Below are positions 60,632-64,000 of a stretch of 64,000 nt of DNA, piece by piece (within the stretch, counting starts at the first letter, position 1; each line of letters begins with the position of its first letter). A program made the translations under genes and the position numbers. The notes beneath the pieces were generated by a model. It saw nothing but the letters and a program-made list of their open reading frames with translations. It was not told the DNA's origin and did not search any database. This DNA comes from an uncultured Nitrospiraceae bacterium (GTDB lineage Bacteria > Nitrospirota > Nitrospiria > Nitrospirales > Nitrospiraceae): NCBI GenBank assembly GCA_963706325.1, contig CAVPLT010000007.1, positions 832,001-896,000 of the forward strand, written 5' to 3'.

Positions 60632-62686
60632 ATGCTTCACGAACTGAATGGCAAAGTTGACGCCTCGCTTCGACTGCAAGAAATCAGCACCTTGCTGATT
60701 CAGGAAGGCAACCTCGACGCGCTTTACGAGCGCGTCCTGGACGCAGCCGTCTACCTGATGCGCGCCGACGTGGGGAGCATGCAGAAGTACGATCCCGAGC
60801 GGGATGAACTTCGACTGTTGGCCTCGCGAGGATTTCCCGCTGAAGCAATCGCATTCTGGGACCGGGTTAACCGCAATTCCGGGACCAGCTGTGGCATGGC
60901 TTTGTCGGTAGGACATCGGGTCGTTGTGCCAGACGTCGAATGTGCAGACTTCATGGCAGGCTCGGCTGACCTCGAGGTCGCTCGTCAAGTGGGTCTTCGG
61001 GCTATGCACTCAACGCCGCTCATCTCGCGCTCCGGGCGGCTGCTGGGCATGATATCAACCCATTGGCAGAAGCCACATTCCCCAGCAGAGCACGAGCTTC
61101 GAGCGCTGGACGTGCTCGCTCGACAAGCTGCGGACCTCATCGAACGGGTCCAAGTCGAAACAACCCTCCGCGAAAGTGAACAACGCTTGCGTTGGATTGG
61201 CTCCGTCGTCGAGTCCAGTGATGACGCGATCATAAGCAAGAACCTGGACGGCATCATCACCAGCTGGAACAGGGGTGCGGAGCGCCTCTTCAGCTACACC
61301 GCGGAAGAGGCGATTGGCCAACCCGTCACTATAATAATTCCACAAGACCGGCTTGACGAAGAGCGCGAGATTCTGGCCCGTATCAGGCGAGGAGAGCGGA
61401 TTGATCATTTTGAGACGGTTCGGCAACGCAAGCATGGCGGCCTTGTCAGTATTTCGTTGACCGTTTCTCCCGTGAAAAATGCTGAGGGAAGAATTGTTGG
61501 AGCATCAAAGGTTGCGAGAGATATTACCGAGCAGAAGCTCGCGTGGAAAACAGCAGAAATGGCCGATCGCGCCAAATCGAGCTTTCTGGCCGCCGCAAGC
61601 CATGACCTGCGACAGCCATTGCAGACCCTGAAACTCCTGCAAGCAGCGCTTGAGCTACATCATCCGAGCGGTGAGGCCCGCAATCTTGTCACTGAAATCG
61701 GACGATCACTGGACACCATGACCAGCATCCTATCGAGCCTGCTCGACGTGAACAGGCTGGAATCCGGAAACCTGCGTCCATTCGTAAGCGAGTTTTCGCT
61801 GAGCGAAATCTTCGAGTCACTCGCTGGAGACTTCGCCGCGCCTGTGCTGGAAAGAGGGCTCCAGCTGTGCATCGTCCGTTCCGAGCTCATCATCCGTAGT
61901 GACCGGCACATGCTCGCGCAGATGATCCGCAACCTCCTGTCGAATGCTGTCCGATACACCGACCGGGGACGAATCCTGCTAGGGTGTCGGCGAGCCGGCG
62001 ACAACGTTCGCATTGAGGTCTGGGACAGTGGCGTTGGTATCACCGAAGGCCAGTTGCCGCACATATTCCATGAGTACTATCAGGGGACCGACGGCGCGGA
62101 GCGGGGCGGCTTTGGGTTGGGCCTTGCGATCGTGAAGCGGCTGGGAGACATCCTGGATCACAGGGTCGAGGTACGCTCGATCCGTGGCAAGGGAACACGG
62201 TTTTTCATCGAGGTCCCGCGCGGTCGATCCAGTGTCAAGGGGCCGGAAACAGCGCCGCCGTTGCATCCTCACAATGATGCCTTCCGGGGCAGCGTTCTCG
62301 CGATCGAGGACGAGGCGTCCGTGCGCTTGGCGCTCGGGAGATTGTTGAAGATGAGAGGGGTTGACGCCACCATTGTTGCAACGGCGACGGAAGCTTTGAC
62401 ACTAGTCAGCGAGCAGGGCCTGCGCCCGGATGTGCTACTGAGTGACTACAACCTTCGTGGCTCGCAGGATGGTGTGGAGACCATCAAGCACCTGCGTGCC
62501 GCTCTTGGCCGGAACGTACCGGCCGTCGTGATAACCGGCGACATTAGATCGGAAACGGTGGACTCGATTTCCTCGCAAGGTGTCTCTGTCCTGATCAAGC
62601 CCTTCTCGGCCGATGAACTTCTGGAAGCCTTGAGAGGCGAGGAGAAGCGAGCAAGCAGCGCGCATTCCCCGCAGCCGGCGAGTTGA
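60632..62686 (+). CDS. GAF-PAS hybrid histidine kinase with REC domain
   Basis: GAF (STPLISRSGRLLGMISTHW), PAS (ESSDDAII..SWNRGAE..SPVKN..GASKVARDIT), AASHDLRQP, NLLSNAVRYT, GFGLGLAIV, IEDE..SDYNL..KP. Confidence 0.93.
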   Translation: MLHELNGKVDASLRLQEISTLLIQEGNLDALYERVLDAAVYLMRADVGSMQKYDPERDELRLLASRGFPAEAIAFWDRVNRNSGTSCGMALSVGHRVVVPDVECADFMAGSADLEVARQVGLRAMHSTPLISRSGRLLGMISTHWQKPHSPAEHELRALDVLARQAADLIERVQVETTLRESEQRLRWIGSVVESSDDAIISKNLDGIITSWNRGAERLFSYTAEEAIGQPVTIIIPQDRLDEEREILARIRRGERIDHFETVRQRKHGGLVSISLTVSPVKNAEGRIVGASKVARDITEQKLAWKTAEMADRAKSSFLAAASHDLRQPLQTLKLLQAALELHHPSGEARNLVTEIGRSLDTMTSILSSLLDVNRLESGNLRPFVSEFSLSEIFESLAGDFAAPVLERGLQLCIVRSELIIRSDRHMLAQMIRNLLSNAVRYTDRGRILLGCRRAGDNVRIEVWDSGVGITEGQLPHIFHEYYQGTDGAERGGFGLGLAIVKRLGDILDHRVEVRSIRGKGTRFFIEVPRGRSSVKGPETAPPLHPHNDAFRGSVLAIEDEASVRLALGRLLKMRGVDATIVATATEALTLVSEQGLRPDVLLSDYNLRGSQDGVETIKHLRAALGRNVPAVVITGDIRSETVDSISSQGVSVLIKPFSADELLEALRGEEKRASSAHSPQPAS

Positions 62687-62770
62687 TGAGCTACGGCGAG
62701 GCCTTTCGACAGGCTGAGATCTACACCGGACGAATACTTTAGGTGAGAAACCCGCTGATCTGCCATCTCC
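62660..62770 (+). pseudogene. Remnant of an ABC-transporter substrate-binding protein C-terminus
   Basis: RAFPAAGELMSYG-EAFRQAEIYTGRIL-GEKPADLP matches the ABC_sub_bind signature GGLMSYG..RQAG.Y.GRILKGEKPADLP. Confidence 0.6.
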
Positions 62771-62943
62771 AAGCCGGCCTGCGCAAACTCCATCGATTCG
62801 GCGCAAGGCACAATGATCAGTCTCCTTTCAACATTTCCAACTAGCCAATTTGGGTTGATGCATTGCCTACCCAGAGCAATGTTTGTGCCGCCAGGAGTTT
62901 CCGCTCCAGGCAAGTCAGTTGCCACATTTTCCCACTTTTTTGT

Positions 62944-62968
62944 GGAACTCCGCTTGTAACAGGGCGTT
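62944..62968 (+). promoter_or_regulatory. Sigma-EcfG-type promoter (full consensus)
   Basis: GGAAC-N16-CGTT about 30 bp upstream of a GGAG RBS and ATG at 63000. Confidence 0.65.
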
Positions 62969-62999
62969 TGCTCAATTTAGGGACTGCGGAGTAGGCTAA

Positions 63000-63164
63000 A
63001 TGAATGAAGGTGCAGAACTAGCGACCGCTGGTTTGGTAGTGGTATTTGCCGCTGTTTTGCTGGTCGCTTCGCACTTTTTCATTGAATTCCAGTCTGCGAA
63101 GCAGCTCGCCAAGCCCTCACTCGATCTTAAAATTACAACTCATGTCATCGCCAGCTGGCTATGA
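63000..63164 (+). CDS. 54-aa single-TM small protein (absent from the ORF track)
   Basis: MNEGAELATAGLVVVFAAVLLVASHFFIEF...ASWL*; has an RBS and an upstream promoter motif. Confidence 0.5.
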   Translation: MNEGAELATAGLVVVFAAVLLVASHFFIEFQSAKQLAKPSLDLKITTHVIASWL

Positions 63165-63203
63165 CCCGGCTGCGGCTCAGGACAGCCAACGAGCCTTGTA
63201 ACG

Positions 63204-63662
63204 GTGCAAACGGTGTTTAGTTGGTTCAAGCCCAATAGGCGGCGAGAGATCCGAGATGATCGCAAACACCTTGAAGCAAGAGCACGCCGCCTGTTGAAAA
63301 GTTATCTGACTGCGGATTCTTCCCGAAAACAGCGATACTACGAGGTGATCGCTGGTGCGGCTGCAGCATGTCAGCCTGATTTTTCTGATCCAAACTTGGA
63401 AAATGCGCAACTTTCTCAAGCCACGGCGGAAGCTGCTCTCAAGGTCGTCAAACTGCGTGAGCACCAGAAAATCGCCGACAACGATCAAGTAGCTGCATTG
63501 ATTACTGATGCGTATGCAACGGTAGCTGTCGCATATCGCCGTGCCTCCGCCGCCTATGCGACTGATGAGGAAATGCAGAAGCTAGGAACTGCGGCCGTAC
63601 ATCTCCTCACAATGGCAATGTCTTATATGGCAGCTCAAACAGACGAGGCTGCGCAAAAGTAA
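63204..63662 (+). CDS. Hypothetical protein
   Basis: 152-aa open frame with plausible all-helical composition; no motif recognised. Confidence 0.55.
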   Translation: MQTVFSWFKPNRRREIRDDRKHLEARARRLLKSYLTADSSRKQRYYEVIAGAAAACQPDFSDPNLENAQLSQATAEAALKVVKLREHQKIADNDQVAALITDAYATVAVAYRRASAAYATDEEMQKLGTAAVHLLTMAMSYMAAQTDEAAQK

Positions 63663-64000
63663 CTCGCATTTAGTCAAGTCATCGCGCTCACAGAATCAAA
63701 ACGCTGCGTATTGCTTACCGCCAACGTCCTGAAAACCATCCTGCCTAGCCAGCTTGCTAGACGGCCAATAGACGTGACAAGAAACGGGGAAGGCGATGTC
63801 CATTACCTTTCGAATCTTCATGATGCTGGCTTGCGCGTATGCAGGTTGGGAGACCGCAAACTTCCAGTTGGGACAACTGCCAGAGCCTCAGCAACAAACG
63901 CAAGCGGTAGTTCCTGACTCCAATAGGCTGGATTCTCAATGAAGAAACCAAAGCTTCAGTCGAACCGTCTAAGCCTTCATGACTTGAAGCTTGTCTATTT

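Noticed and set aside
1..64000. CRISPR array or cas genes
   Set aside because: No regularly spaced 23-47-bp repeats or Cas motifs seen by eye.

Overview
The window looks like two unrelated genomic segments joined at about 32,697-32,700. The left part (1-32.7 kb, all + strand) is one long surface-polysaccharide (O-antigen/EPS) locus, tentatively Nitrospira-like. It encodes GDP-fucose synthesis (gmd end, fcl), two AsnB-type amidotransferases, a heparinase II/III-like protein, CysC plus a sulfotransferase, Wzx, an NDP-sugar C-methyltransferase and five further SAM methyltransferases. It also encodes NeuA/NeuB/NeuC, a KpsS/KpsC-like transferase, several GT-B glycosyltransferases and an O-antigen ligase/polymerase-GT4 fusion. 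At the junction a second flippase-like gene (+) and a tyrosine integrase (-) are both cut mid-gene. The right part (32.7-64 kb) is Bradyrhizobium-like accessory DNA. It starts with a frameshifted integrase, a tRNA-Gly(GCC) 3' fragment (att site) with arm-type repeats and a terminator, and a lone PIN-like protein. Next is a class-F9-like cytoplasmic chemosensory operon (double-hairpin DosM-like MCP, triple CheW, CheB, HEAT, CheR, CheY, CheA, STAS-like) bracketed by two CheC paralogues and followed by an RR-CheC-PAS kinase module. The rest holds a fasciclin-TspO-unknown operon divergent from an XRE-cupin regulator, an inactive caspase homologue, a receptor-like TAXI protein, a phasin, small ORFs with sigma-EcfG-type promoters, a Crp/Fnr regulator and a GAF-PAS hybrid kinase. 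Many single-base frameshifts suggest long-read indel errors. All product and taxonomy calls come from motif recognition by eye; no searches were run.
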